Assembly: GCA_022821875.1 (NCBI GenBank) | Contig: JAJECV010000111.1 | Span: 5,072 to 69,071 of the forward strand | Source: Rhodothermales bacterium | Lineage (GTDB): Bacteria > Bacteroidota > Rhodothermia > Rhodothermales > Bin80 | Direction: 5' to 3' | DNA: 64,000 nucleotides | Shown: positions 30,074 through 40,614 of the stretch, piece by piece | Position numbering within the stretch: the stretch's first letter is position 1 | Layout of the letters: each line of letters begins with the position of its first letter | Program-made: the position numbers and the translations under genes | The notes under the pieces: generated by a model | The model's database searches: none | What the model was told of the DNA's origin: nothing | Seen by the model: only the letters and a program-made list of their open reading frames with translations

Positions 30074-33037
30074 ATGCAAAATACCGATCTGGCGCTGACA
30101 GATTTTTTGCGCGCACTCAAAAGAGAGAGTCAGGGAGAGGTCAGGACGGACGAATACAGTCGTGTCCTCTACAGTACGGATGCCAGTATTTACAGCGTGA
30201 TGCCGCATGGTGTCTTTTTCCCAGCCTCAAGAGATGATGTGCACGCAGTGGTGACGCTTGCGGCGAAGTTTGGTGTCCCGATTCTTCCTCGGACCGGGGG
30301 CAGCAGCCTGGCCGGGCAGGCGGTCGCTGAGGCAGTCGTGATAGATTTTACGCGCCACTTGAACCGGATCCTGGAGGTGAACGAGGCCGAAGGATGGGTG
30401 CGGGCCGAACCAGGGCTTGTACTGGACGAACTGAATCACAGGATTGCACACACCGGCCTGCAGTTCGGACCGGATCCGGCCAGCAGCAACCGTGCTGCTT
30501 TGGGGGGGATTGTCAGTAATAATTCCACCGGAAGCCACTCGATCTGTTATGGCATGACCGCCGACCACGTTTTGGGGATGAAGGTCGTACTCAGTGATGG
30601 CTCGCAGGCAGTCTTTGGCCCGTTAGAGGAAGATGAACTCCAAAAAAGGGCGGAAAGAAGCGGGGCGGAAGGGGAACTCTATCGGGGAATCATGGAGTTG
30701 ACCCGGTCGCCGGAACACCGCAAAACGATTACGGAGGGAACGCCCCGCCACTGGCGGCGCTGCGGGGGATACAATCTTGACCGGTTGGTTGGAAGTGGAC
30801 CGTCCTTCAGGATGCCTCAGGACGAGCGGTTTAATCTGGCCAAGCTGGTATGCGGTGCGGAGGGCACTCTGGCCGTAATTCAGGATGTAACACTGAACCT
30901 AGTCCCCATTCCGGAGGCTCGGGGTCTGGCGATCGTCCATTGCAGGTCCACCGCGGAGGCGCTCCGGCAAATTCCCGCCATCCTGGAGGCAAACCCCAGC
31001 GCAATTGAACTGCTGGATAATCTGGGATTACGCTTGTGCAAGGATGTCCCCGAATATGCACGGCTCCTTCCAACCTTCATTGAGGGGGATCCCGACTGTA
31101 TTCTGATTACGGAGTTCTATGGGAGTGGAGAGAGTGAACTCCGGTCCAAAATTGAATACCTGTGCACGGTGCTTGCCAGAGATGGATATCGGGATTGTGT
31201 CCTGCCGGTGCTGGAACCTGGACGGCAGCAGAATGTGTGGGCCGTTCGGAAAGCAGGCCTGGGGCTGTTGATGAGTATCAAAGGGGATCATAAGCCCATC
31301 CCGTTTATTGAGGATGCAGCAGTTCCCACCGAGCATCTGGCGGCGTATGTGGGGAAGATCGGCGAGTTCTGTGAAGCACGCAATACCCGGGTCGCCTACT
31401 ATGCACATGCGAGTGCAGGCTGTGTCCATATCCGTCCACTGCTGAATACAAAAGATGCATCGGAAATTGCCAAGATCCCCGAAATCCTCCACTTTGCAGT
31501 TGAGTTATTACAGGGGTATGGAGGTGCGCTTTCCAGTGAACACGGAGACGGGCGGGCACGGAGCTGGATGAATGAGCGATTCTTTGGACCAGACCTGTAT
31601 CAATTGTACCAGAGGGTTAAGTCGCTGTGGGACCCCGAGGGAATCCTGAATCCGGGCGTGGTGGTGGATGCATGTGCCGGGACAGAAAATTTGCGTTACG
31701 GGTCCGACTACGAGGTGGTTCCTCTGGAACTGAATCTTGATTTCAGCGCGGAACACGGGTTTGATCGTGCGGTGGAGATGTGCAACGGGGCGGGCATCTG
31801 CCGGAAGCAGATCTCCGGTGTGATGTGTCCGAGTTTCATGGCAACGCAGGAGGAGGAGCATACCACCCGGGGCCGCGCCAATGCTCTGCGGGCGGCCCTA
31901 TCCGGCGTATTGCCCCGGGAAGAACTGACCAGTAAGCGGATGTATGAGGTGATGGATCTGTGTGTTGAATGCAAGGCATGCAAGTCCGAGTGCCCGTCAT
32001 CGGTGGACATGGCGAAGATTAAATTTGAGTTTCTGGCACAGTATCATAAGCGGCATGGCATTCCGCTGCGCACACGCATGTTTGCGGATATTGCCAAAGT
32101 CAGCCGCCTGGCCAGCGGGTTCCTTGCGCCTGTGTTCAACGGGGTACTAGGGAGTTCTCCCGTACGTTTTGTCCTGGATCGTGCATTGGGGATCTCCATG
32201 CAGCGCAAGATGCCAACCTTTGCGCGGCAGCCCTTCACGGCATGGTTCAAGAAGCATGCATCTGACGGGCGGCCGAGGCCGCAGGTGGTATTGTTTCATG
32301 ACACCTTCAATACCTTTAACGATCCGCATGTCGCGATTGCCGCCGTTGAGGTGCTGGAAGCTGCCGGCTTTGAGGTGCTTCTGCCGGGGCACCGCTGCTG
32401 CGGGCGGCCATTGATTTCGAAGGGGATGGTCCGGAAGGCGCGTGCGGCTGCAAAGGATACGGTTGCCCGGCTGCTTCCGTACGCAGAGCGGGGGCTGCCC
32501 ATTATTGGTCTGGAACCAAGTTGTCTGCTGTCGATGCGTGACGAGTATCTCTACCTGCTGCCAGAGAGTGAGGACGCACAGTTGGTTGCCCGGCAAGCGG
32601 TACTGTTTGAAGAATTTATTGCCCGCCTTGCGGAGGAAGGGCAGTTACCGATGACCTTTACAAGCGCAGCCAAAGAGGTGTTGCTCCATGGGCACTGCCA
32701 TCAGCGTGCGCTTGTGGGAACGGAGCCGACACGGAAGATTCTGGCGTTACCTGAAAATTACCATGTACGTGAGGTGGACTCCAGTTGCTGTGGCATGGCA
32801 GGTGCATTTGGCTACGAGAAAGAACACTACGCAATCTCCAGAAAGATGGCGGAGCGCCGCCTTGTTCCCGAGATGCGCAGTGCCGGCAGAGATGCGTTGA
32901 TTGTTGCGCCCGGGACCAGCTGCCGCCACCAGTTGCAGCACTACGACATTGAGCGTGTGCTGCATCCGGCGGAGGTGCTTCGGGATGCCATGATCCCGCC
33001 AGTGGATAAGTCCACTGAAAATTCCTATTCGTCCTGA
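30074..33037 (+). CDS. FAD-binding/4Fe-4S oxidoreductase (GlcD/GlcF-like fusion)
   Basis: GGSSLAGQ, GAEGTL, SEHGDG, CNGAGIC, CVECKACKSECP, CCG motifs. Confidence 0.9.
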   Translation: MQNTDLALTDFLRALKRESQGEVRTDEYSRVLYSTDASIYSVMPHGVFFPASRDDVHAVVTLAAKFGVPILPRTGGSSLAGQAVAEAVVIDFTRHLNRILEVNEAEGWVRAEPGLVLDELNHRIAHTGLQFGPDPASSNRAALGGIVSNNSTGSHSICYGMTADHVLGMKVVLSDGSQAVFGPLEEDELQKRAERSGAEGELYRGIMELTRSPEHRKTITEGTPRHWRRCGGYNLDRLVGSGPSFRMPQDERFNLAKLVCGAEGTLAVIQDVTLNLVPIPEARGLAIVHCRSTAEALRQIPAILEANPSAIELLDNLGLRLCKDVPEYARLLPTFIEGDPDCILITEFYGSGESELRSKIEYLCTVLARDGYRDCVLPVLEPGRQQNVWAVRKAGLGLLMSIKGDHKPIPFIEDAAVPTEHLAAYVGKIGEFCEARNTRVAYYAHASAGCVHIRPLLNTKDASEIAKIPEILHFAVELLQGYGGALSSEHGDGRARSWMNERFFGPDLYQLYQRVKSLWDPEGILNPGVVVDACAGTENLRYGSDYEVVPLELNLDFSAEHGFDRAVEMCNGAGICRKQISGVMCPSFMATQEEEHTTRGRANALRAALSGVLPREELTSKRMYEVMDLCVECKACKSECPSSVDMAKIKFEFLAQYHKRHGIPLRTRMFADIAKVSRLASGFLAPVFNGVLGSSPVRFVLDRALGISMQRKMPTFARQPFTAWFKKHASDGRPRPQVVLFHDTFNTFNDPHVAIAAVEVLEAAGFEVLLPGHRCCGRPLISKGMVRKARAAAKDTVARLLPYAERGLPIIGLEPSCLLSMRDEYLYLLPESEDAQLVARQAVLFEEFIARLAEEGQLPMTFTSAAKEVLLHGHCHQRALVGTEPTRKILALPENYHVREVDSSCCGMAGAFGYEKEHYAISRKMAERRLVPEMRSAGRDALIVAPGTSCRHQLQHYDIERVLHPAEVLRDAMIPPVDKSTENSYSS

Positions 33038-34482
33038 CTGCCGAGTTTTTCTGCCCGATAGCCACCGGCCCGGAGATCCCGTATCAGGAGAAGCCCAAAT
33101 ACTGCGATCAGGATAAACCCATAGGGAGCGAGTGTGCGGAACGAGCGTCGCCCGCCTGCATTGTCTGCGGGGTTCAATTCTGCCTGCGCCCGCTCTACGA
33201 CCTCCAGTTCAACCCCGGACCCGCCGATGGCCCGAAGCGCCTGCATGGTGCTTCCACGGGGCAGATTCCCCTCCGGATCACGCTGGTTCAGCACCTCCTG
33301 TACGGTCGCATTGACCGCCATAATATCTTCGGCCTGACTGCCGGCAGTTTCGGCCACTCCCGGGAACTGGAGATTCACATCTTCAAATATTTCGACAACC
33401 ACCGCATTGTCCAGGGTGTCGTGGCCGCGATCATCGGCGACCCCTCCTAACCAGGGGGTGACAAAGAAGGAAGCCAGCATGCCAACGGCCCCCATCACGC
33501 CAAGCCCCAGGGCTCCGCTCTTGGGATTTCGTTCCGACACATAGCCCAGCATGGTGGGCCAGAAATAAGCAATCCCGGTGGCCCAGATCGCCGCTGTCAG
33601 AAATGCCATCAAGGTGGACTCTGCCATACTGAACAGATAGAGCCCCAGTGTGGCGAGGACTGCACCCCCAAACAGGATCCCGGTTGGTGTAAGAACCCGG
33701 ACGACCGGCCCTGCAAGGAGGCGGAGCGTCCCCATGATCCCAAATACGAAGCCAAAGACGAGGAGTCCATTGATCCCGCCTGCCTGGAGTACCGGGGGAA
33801 CCCAGCTTGACGGCGGCAGCTCCATTGAGGCCGTAAGCAGCATCATCGGTAACATGATGAGCATGATGGGAGCAAAGAGGGCCTTGAATGACTCCCCTAC
33901 CGAGACTCCTGCCTGAACCCCTTCCGTCTGCGGGAAAGGGGCAGTAAACATCATCAGACCATATCCCAATGCAGGAACCAGGATCAGCAGCGGCTGTGCA
34001 CGCCAGCCACCTCCAAGATTTGCAAAGACCAGGGTCAGAAGGATGGCCGCGATCAGATTCCCGTAGGGGAACCACATGTGAAAGTGGTTCAGCTTGGAGG
34101 TTTTATTATCCGGGTAGAGCGCGGCGACCAACGGGTTACATCCGGCTTCAACGAGACCTGCACCAAGTCCGGCACACAGCGAACCCGCGACAGCAGGTAC
34201 ATAGCCCTGTGCCGTCATGATCAGAACAGCTCCTGCTACATGCGTTACAAATGCACCCCGCACGATCCATCGCATTCCGATGATATCGCAGAGCGGAGAA
34301 AAAATGGCCTGACTGATGGTAAACCCGATAAAGAATACCCCGGTGAATACCCCGAGTTGTGCGTTGGTGAGAACAAATTCTGATTTGACCGAGAAGGCGA
34401 TGCCGGAGATGACGGTGAAGGCAAATGCTGTCGTCAGCAGGGCAAGACAGCTGCCATAAAAGAGACGATTACGACTAATCAT
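33025..34482 (-). CDS. MFS transporter
   Basis: Multiple TM helices, DIIGMR loop, GLVEAGCNPLVAALYP. Confidence 0.88.
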   Translation of the reverse strand: MISRNRLFYGSCLALLTTAFAFTVISGIAFSVKSEFVLTNAQLGVFTGVFFIGFTISQAIFSPLCDIIGMRWIVRGAFVTHVAGAVLIMTAQGYVPAVAGSLCAGLGAGLVEAGCNPLVAALYPDNKTSKLNHFHMWFPYGNLIAAILLTLVFANLGGGWRAQPLLILVPALGYGLMMFTAPFPQTEGVQAGVSVGESFKALFAPIMLIMLPMMLLTASMELPPSSWVPPVLQAGGINGLLVFGFVFGIMGTLRLLAGPVVRVLTPTGILFGGAVLATLGLYLFSMAESTLMAFLTAAIWATGIAYFWPTMLGYVSERNPKSGALGLGVMGAVGMLASFFVTPWLGGVADDRGHDTLDNAVVVEIFEDVNLQFPGVAETAGSQAEDIMAVNATVQEVLNQRDPEGNLPRGSTMQALRAIGGSGVELEVVERAQAELNPADNAGGRRSFRTLAPYGFILIAVFGLLLIRDLRAGGYRAEKLGSQDE

Positions 34483-35390
34483 GTGACTGGAGTCAATTAA
34501 GAGTTGGATTCCGATGAAGATGAAATTGTGAAGATTTGGTTAATATACACAAATCCCGGTTACATATGAGATTGTTGTTGAGGCTTTGGGGTTGGTCGTG
34601 CAGGGTGTGATGGAGTATTTGGTAGATCTTTTCAGGCAAAGTGCACTGAGTGCTTTCCCATATCTACCTCATCCCGGTCCATGCCCCCGTTTCTGCATAC
34701 CCGTGTGATTGTGCGGCGTGTGCGTTCATCAAACTCTGGAGCGGTTGGCACCGGATATCGGCGGCCCGGATGTCCTGTGCCGCCGATATCCGTATTTTCA
34801 GGAATCCGCTCCACGGCGCATCTTTTCCCAGTTGGTCACGATCTGTACATATTTTTTGCGCGGTCCCTGCTCATCGTCGCTTCCCGTCCGGTTTTTACAA
34901 CTTGTGCAGTGTATTCTGTAATTGCTCCCAAAGCTGACGAATCTGATTATTCAGCGTCCCCTATACGGTTTGTGCTTCTGCGGCAGACAGGGATGTGCAT
35001 CGGCTGCTGCTGTGCCTGCTCGGTGATCCGGTCTTCGTGGTTCTGATCGTTCCCACCACTTGTATGGAACCTTCGCATACGTCCCCATGCCCTTCGCGCA
35101 TGTATCTTCGGGACGAATATTTTTTGACTTCGTCTTTACTTGATATGATCAACCGGGTGGGGGTAAATGGTCAAAGGGATTTGATTCCGTGTCTAGCGAC
35201 AGCATGTGAGCATGTCCCTAGACACCGAGGGGCAATACTGTGGTGAAAGCATGTAGCCGCGTATTGGGAGAATCTCAGAGAGATGTTGGCACTGATATTG
35301 CGTGGATGGGGGCTGCTGGTAAGGGAGACGCGGTTCCCCTTACAGAGGGGATACATGCAGTTGTTCGTAAACATGCCCGAAGTCCGGGGA

Positions 35391-36200
35391 CTAACGCAGT
35401 GCAGATTCCAGTTCTGTTGCCGCGTCAGTCCGGGCATCACGGTACTTTACGATCACCGGCACATACGTGGCAATCCCGTGCTCATAGGCAAAAGAGCCGG
35501 ACCGGGCACGGCTCCCGGGAACGACCACTGCACCGGCAGGCACCTCGCCCGGCTTGAGGATTCGATTATGGACCAGATCACAGATTCGTGTAGCCCCCGT
35601 CAGGATCACGCCGGGGGCCAGCACCGCACCTTCACGGACAATGCAGCCTTCATAGATCCCGCAGCCTCCGCCAAGAAAACAGTCATCCTCAATAATCACC
35701 GGCAAAGCACCGGGAGGCTCCAATACGCCGCCGATCTGGACCGCAGCAGATACATGCACCCGTTTCCCGACCTGTGCACAACTGCCCACCAGAGCATGAG
35801 AATCCACCATGGTTCCTTCATCCACATACGCACCTGTATTGATGTACATCGGGGGCATGCAGATGACACCCGGGCTCACATAACAGCCCGTCCGGATGGA
35901 GGAGCCTCCAGGCACCAGCCGGACCTGATCCTGGATACGGAGCGGTTTGAGGGGGAAGGTGCCCTTGTCAAAGAAAGGGGCGGGCCGTGCGGCAATCCTC
36001 TCCAGTCTCCCGGTCCGAAATCCATAAAGCAGGCCCTCCTTTACCCAGGCATGCGCCTGCCAGCGTCCCTCCTCATTGCGGGAAGCCGCCCGCACAACCC
36101 CCTGATTGAGCGCGTCAATCAGATGTTCAAAGCCCGCTTCCTGCAGAGCGGGGGCATCAGATGAAAGCTGCTGCCGGATGGTGGAGGGTGAAAGAGACAT
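35391..36200 (-). CDS. dapD: Tetrahydrodipicolinate N-succinyltransferase
   Basis: WVKEG, FFDK, hexapeptide repeats, VGSCAQVG, IGGVLEP; ATG overlaps upstream TAA. Confidence 0.93.
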   Translation of the reverse strand: MSLSPSTIRQQLSSDAPALQEAGFEHLIDALNQGVVRAASRNEEGRWQAHAWVKEGLLYGFRTGRLERIAARPAPFFDKGTFPLKPLRIQDQVRLVPGGSSIRTGCYVSPGVICMPPMYINTGAYVDEGTMVDSHALVGSCAQVGKRVHVSAAVQIGGVLEPPGALPVIIEDDCFLGGGCGIYEGCIVREGAVLAPGVILTGATRICDLVHNRILKPGEVPAGAVVVPGSRARSGSFAYEHGIATYVPVIVKYRDARTDAATELESALR

Positions 36201-36961
36201 TAAACGGTCTGGGTATGCGCCGCACACGCCGCACCAATAATACCGGCTTCATTCTGAAACTGTGCCGGCAGAAGCCGTGCATTTGTTTTGAGCAGGTGGA
36301 AGTAGTGCCTGGTGCGCTTCGGGCGGCTGACCCCGCCACCGAGAATGATCAGACTGGGGTCAAGGAGGAATTCAATGTAGGTCAGGTATTTCTGGAGGCG
36401 CTTGGCCCATTTTTTCCAGGACAGATCATCCCGCTTGCGTATGCTGTTGGCGGCCAATGCTTCCGCGGTAGTACCGCCCATCCGTAAATGGCCAAGTTCA
36501 AGATTGGGGACCAGGACATGTCCGACAAACAGGCTGGAGCCGATGCCCGTGCCGAGCGTCAGGACAAGGGTCTTTCCAGATGCTCCCCTGCCCGCACCAT
36601 AATGAACCTCAGCATAGCCGGCAGCATCTGCATCGTTGAGCGCCGTGACCTCTAGTTCCAGTGCAGAGGAAAACAGTGCTTCCACATCGGTGCCGATCCA
36701 GGATGGATCAATATTGGCGGCCGTACATGCAATCCCGTCACGTATGCGTACCGGCATCGTGATCCCAACCTTTTTCTTCCACAAAAAGTGCTTCGCGACC
36801 GCATGCACAACCTCCGCAACCTCCTCCGGGCATGCGCCGCCGGGCGTATCAAGACGGAAACGCTCCGAGGTCAGCTGCCCGGATTCAATATCAACCAGAG
36901 CACCCTTGATCCCGGTTCCCCCTATGTCTATTCCTAGAATCTCCAAGACAGGATGTGTCAA
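36200..36961 (-). CDS. ppgK: Polyphosphate glucokinase (ROK family)
   Basis: GIDIGGTGIKGA, NDADAAG, TLGTGIGS, PNLELGH, NEAGIIGAA. Confidence 0.85.
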   Translation of the reverse strand: MTHPVLEILGIDIGGTGIKGALVDIESGQLTSERFRLDTPGGACPEEVAEVVHAVAKHFLWKKKVGITMPVRIRDGIACTAANIDPSWIGTDVEALFSSALELEVTALNDADAAGYAEVHYGAGRGASGKTLVLTLGTGIGSSLFVGHVLVPNLELGHLRMGGTTAEALAANSIRKRDDLSWKKWAKRLQKYLTYIEFLLDPSLIILGGGVSRPKRTRHYFHLLKTNARLLPAQFQNEAGIIGAACAAHTQTV

Positions 36962-37045
36962 CTAGATCCCAAAGATAGTACAAATTCGGCACCATATACA
37001 ACCCGATGTGCGTATACTAGGCGAGAAACCAAAAACTTTCCTGCA

Positions 37046-37153
37046 ATGGTCAGAATTATTTTCACCGTACTCCTGGTCGGATTACTCGCCCTGGGGGCAT
37101 GCCAGTGCTCCGATAAACCCGAACAATCTCCAGTAGAAACATCTCGCATGTAG
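37046..37153 (+). CDS. Very small putative lipoprotein (35 aa)
   Basis: Signal peptide with lipobox LALGAC; ends 5 bp before dnaG. Confidence 0.5.
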   Translation: MVRIIFTVLLVGLLALGACQCSDKPEQSPVETSRM

Positions 37154-37158
37154 ATCGA

Positions 37159-39102
37159 ATGCGGATCCCCAGTCAAATTGTAGATCAGGTGCGTGACAGC
37201 TCAGATATTCTGAGCGTGGTTGAGGATTATGTGCGGATGAAAAAAGCCGGCAACAATTATGTGGGGCGCTGCCCGTTCCATGACGAAAAGACTCCCTCCT
37301 TTAATGTGAGCCCGTCCAAGGGGTTTTTCAAATGCTTTGGATGTGGGAAAGGAGGCAATGTGATCACATTCGTTATGGAGATTGAGCGGCTTGAGTTCGT
37401 GGATGCGGTGCGTTGGCTGGCAGGCCGCGCCGGAATTGAAATCCCGGAGCATCGGGTGGATAAGGAGGCGTTCCAAAAGACCGAGGTCATCTATCATGCA
37501 CTTCGGTTTGCCGCGGAGTATTTCAGCCTGCAGCTTCGGGAGACCCTCTCCGGTACCCAGGCGCGTGCATACCTGCACGGGCGCGGATTGACGGAGACAA
37601 CCATTGAGCGGTTTCAACTGGGATATGCCCCCGATTCATGGGATGGGCTTCTGAAAGCGGCAGAACGCGGACAGATCAGCCCGGAAGCCCTGTTCAGGGC
37701 CGGACTGGTGATCAAGAGGGACAACGGGGGATATTATGATCGATTCCGGGGGAGAGTGATCTTTCCTGTCTGGTCCCATATCGGGAAGATTATCGGCTTT
37801 GGAGGCCGGGCACTGCAAGAAGGCCCGAAAGTACCGAAATATCTCAACTCGCCGGAAACCGAAGTGTATCATAAGAAATTTGTACTCTACGGCCTCTATC
37901 AGGCGAAGCGGGATGCACGTCAGCAGGACAGGATTCTACTGGTGGAAGGATACACGGATGTGTTGGCGCTGTATCAGGCAGGGGTCGCGTCGGTGGCATG
38001 CTGCGGGACTGCACTCACATCGCAGCAGGTAAAACTGCTGGGACGCTTTGTCAAAGAGATCCAGTTACTCTATGACGCAGATACGGCGGGCGCAACGGCG
38101 ACGGAGCGGGCGATTGACTGCGTCCTCCAAAGTGGATTGAATCCAAGCGTTTTGCGGCTGCCGGAAGGGGAGGATCCCGATTCATTTGTCCGCGAACAGG
38201 GGGCAGACAAGTTCAAAGCCTATCTTCAGAGTGAGACCAAAGACTGGCTGGATGCGCTGTACGCAGCTGCCCGGCAGAAAAATCTGCTCCATACCCCCCA
38301 GGGGAGGCGGCAGGAAATGACCAGAGTCGCCAAGCGGATTATGTGGCTGTTGCGGGATCAGCTTCTTTTTAAGTTTTATGTTGCGAAAACGAGTGAATTA
38401 TTCGGTATTCTGGAAGGCGATGTGGTGCAGGAGGTTGCGGTACTGGTTCAGGGACAGAAACCATCGGAGGAAGCCGCCTCAGGACAAGGTGATGAGGGGT
38501 CCGTTCTGGATACAATCCCCGAAGCGGAGAAAACACTCCTGCAGTTGATGCTCGTAGAAGGGATCCCGATGATTAAGTATATCCTGGATCGGATGAGTCT
38601 GGAAGAGTTTCAGGAAGGTGCCTCCCGGGAACTGGTGGAGGCGCTGATTGATTTTTACTTTGAGTCCGGTGATCAACTCTCAGGGGCAATTAACCCCGAG
38701 CAACTTCAACTGGATATGTTAGGCTGGCAGTTAGTCGCCGGTCTCATGCTGAACAGGCATGAAATTTCCAGCAACTGGGAAGAGAAAAAGATTGATGTGC
38801 CTAGACTGAATCAGGATGCAGAGCGCATTGCAAAGGATTCGATGCGAAAAATCAAGCAAAAATTGATCAAGGAAGAACTGAAAGAATTGATTTTTCGGAT
38901 CACAAACGCGGAAGCGGGCAGCGAGGCCCAGATGGAACTGCAGGAGGAGTACAGAGAGAGGCTTCAACACAAACGTGCGATTGAGAGGGGGGAAATATTT
39001 GAAGAGCGGGGATCTGAAGCGCCCAAAGATCAGGAAGACCGTAAAGCCGCCCCAATGAATATCCCGGCAGGTTCGGGATCAAGTATGAATCTGTTTGAAT
39101 GA
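37159..39102 (+). CDS. dnaG: DNA primase
   Basis: CPFHDEKTPSF..CFGC zinc finger, FGGR, KYLNSPET, VEGYTDV, YDADTAG, DPD. Confidence 0.97.
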   Translation: MRIPSQIVDQVRDSSDILSVVEDYVRMKKAGNNYVGRCPFHDEKTPSFNVSPSKGFFKCFGCGKGGNVITFVMEIERLEFVDAVRWLAGRAGIEIPEHRVDKEAFQKTEVIYHALRFAAEYFSLQLRETLSGTQARAYLHGRGLTETTIERFQLGYAPDSWDGLLKAAERGQISPEALFRAGLVIKRDNGGYYDRFRGRVIFPVWSHIGKIIGFGGRALQEGPKVPKYLNSPETEVYHKKFVLYGLYQAKRDARQQDRILLVEGYTDVLALYQAGVASVACCGTALTSQQVKLLGRFVKEIQLLYDADTAGATATERAIDCVLQSGLNPSVLRLPEGEDPDSFVREQGADKFKAYLQSETKDWLDALYAAARQKNLLHTPQGRRQEMTRVAKRIMWLLRDQLLFKFYVAKTSELFGILEGDVVQEVAVLVQGQKPSEEAASGQGDEGSVLDTIPEAEKTLLQLMLVEGIPMIKYILDRMSLEEFQEGASRELVEALIDFYFESGDQLSGAINPEQLQLDMLGWQLVAGLMLNRHEISSNWEEKKIDVPRLNQDAERIAKDSMRKIKQKLIKEELKELIFRITNAEAGSEAQMELQEEYRERLQHKRAIERGEIFEERGSEAPKDQEDRKAAPMNIPAGSGSSMNLFE

Positions 39103-39167
39103 CCGAAGGGCGGTCCGGGCCGGAATAGAGATTCTCAGGGGGGCGGCGCGTCTGGGACGCGGCGAGG

Positions 39168-39584
39168 TTAATAGTAGCGTTCCAGACGCTCAGGTGCGTC
39201 GGCATCGTACTCTTTCGGAATCCAGTAGGTGTCCGCATCCGGGTCAAGTTTGCGCCGGAGCGGATCCTTCCCGAACAGCCGCATCAGGAGACCGATCGGA
39301 ATGAACAGGAACACAAAGATCCCCGTCAATAGAACCCGCGTCATGACAAAGCCAAGCACGATGGCCAGAGCCATCCACGGTTTGTAGAGCGGTCTTAATT
39401 GTTTTGGAGCAGCCAGCCCACTGGCAAGGAACAGTGCGCCAAGCCCCGCAAGAATGATTTCGCCGGGAAGGTCGCGCCAGTGGAGCAGGCCGGCCACAAC
39501 CAGAAATGCAATCCCGAGTGTGATCCCGAAGGAGCGCAGCTGCCGGGGCCCCGTGTCCAGTAATTGCAGTTCCTCACGCAGCAT
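39168..39584 (-). CDS. SxtJ-family membrane protein
   Basis: LRSFG, PWMALA..LG, PIGLLMRLFGKDPL, TYW..ERYY pattern. Confidence 0.8.
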   Translation of the reverse strand: MLREELQLLDTGPRQLRSFGITLGIAFLVVAGLLHWRDLPGEIILAGLGALFLASGLAAPKQLRPLYKPWMALAIVLGFVMTRVLLTGIFVFLFIPIGLLMRLFGKDPLRRKLDPDADTYWIPKEYDADAPERLERYY

Positions 39585-39592
39585 GCCTCAGT

Positions 39593-40276
39593 TTAGGGTT
39601 TGTTCAGGCGCAGGGCCTGCTGTACAAGGTTACGAAACAGACCGCAGGCCCCCATTCGCTCCGGATGAAATTGCACGCCAATATGAACCCCGTCGGTGCG
39701 CTCAATGGCTTCAATGGTCCCGTCGGTGCTCCGCGCACTCACAATATAGCCGGTGCCCGGGTCGCACACGGCCTGAAAATGCCGGGAATTCACCATATGC
39801 GTGTCTAAATCCCAGATCCGTGCCAGGTGGGTGTTCGGGAGAATTTCCAGCGCATGGTCCGGTGCTCCCCGCTGTTCACTGTGCACCAAGGTGCCGGTGA
39901 CCTGCGTTTCCACATCTGCATAGAGCGTGCCGCCGGCCCGGACCGAGAGTAATTGCATGCCATAGCAAATCCCCAGGATCGGCAGGTTTCGCGCAATGGC
40001 CACATCCAGAAGCAGATTGTCTGACTTCCATCGCTTCGGGTTGACGGGGGATAACGGTGCGGGGAGGGCGCCGATCATGTTGGCGGTGATGCCGGGGCCG
40101 CCGGGGATGACGAATCCCTGAAGCGGATCACAAACCCGCCTGGCCTCCGTCATGGAGTCCACCAGTGGAAGAAGCATGGGTTGCCCCTGTGCGGCTCTGA
40201 CCGCGGTGACATAGGTGTGGTCCAGGCGCTGCTGCTGATTCTCAAATGAGGTGGTTATGCCAATGAAAGGGGTCAT
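39593..40276 (-). CDS. Peptidase C26 / gamma-glutamyl hydrolase family (class I GATase)
   Basis: IPGG, LGICYGMQ, VNSRHFQ, GVQFHPE. Confidence 0.9.
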   Translation of the reverse strand: MTPFIGITTSFENQQQRLDHTYVTAVRAAQGQPMLLPLVDSMTEARRVCDPLQGFVIPGGPGITANMIGALPAPLSPVNPKRWKSDNLLLDVAIARNLPILGICYGMQLLSVRAGGTLYADVETQVTGTLVHSEQRGAPDHALEILPNTHLARIWDLDTHMVNSRHFQAVCDPGTGYIVSARSTDGTIEAIERTDGVHIGVQFHPERMGACGLFRNLVQQALRLNKP

Positions 40277-40614
40277 GGGCGGCGAAGATTACGCAGGGTG
40301 ATGCGTCCAGATGCGGAGGCATGGCGGCTTCCCCGTCTGCGCAGGGCGACAATCATATGTCCATCGGACTTGAATGTGCCGCTCACATGCAGGGTCAACT
40401 GTCCACTGTCGATCAACTCGGTGAGTGCGGATTTGATCGTTCGCCGGCCGGGAGCAGAGGTTGATTTCCCATGGATCAGTCGCACCGAATCCCGGCCGCG
40501 GCGCACCGATTCAAGGATCAGCTGCCGCGAAAGCTGCAGCGCTTCGTTGACGGTGCAGCCGTGCAGGTCCAGTTCCGGGCGGATGCCGTCATCCATGAGG
40601 CGGGGACTTATCAT
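40273..40614 (-). CDS. Smr-domain protein
   Basis: LDLHG..EA..LIHGK. Confidence 0.85.
   Translation of the reverse strand: MISPRLMDDGIRPELDLHGCTVNEALQLSRQLILESVRRGRDSVRLIHGKSTSAPGRRTIKSALTELIDSGQLTLHVSGTFKSDGHMIVALRRRGSRHASASGRITLRNLRRP

Noticed and set aside
35283-36164. Long antisense ORFs (e.g. 35283-36164, 5349-6443, 42187-43080, 49140-50177)
   Set aside because: They shadow well-supported genes on the opposite strand, as expected in GC-rich coding DNA.
39168-39584. SxtJ-family gene as evidence of saxitoxin biosynthesis
   Set aside because: The family is widespread; no carbamoyltransferase or other sxt genes are nearby.
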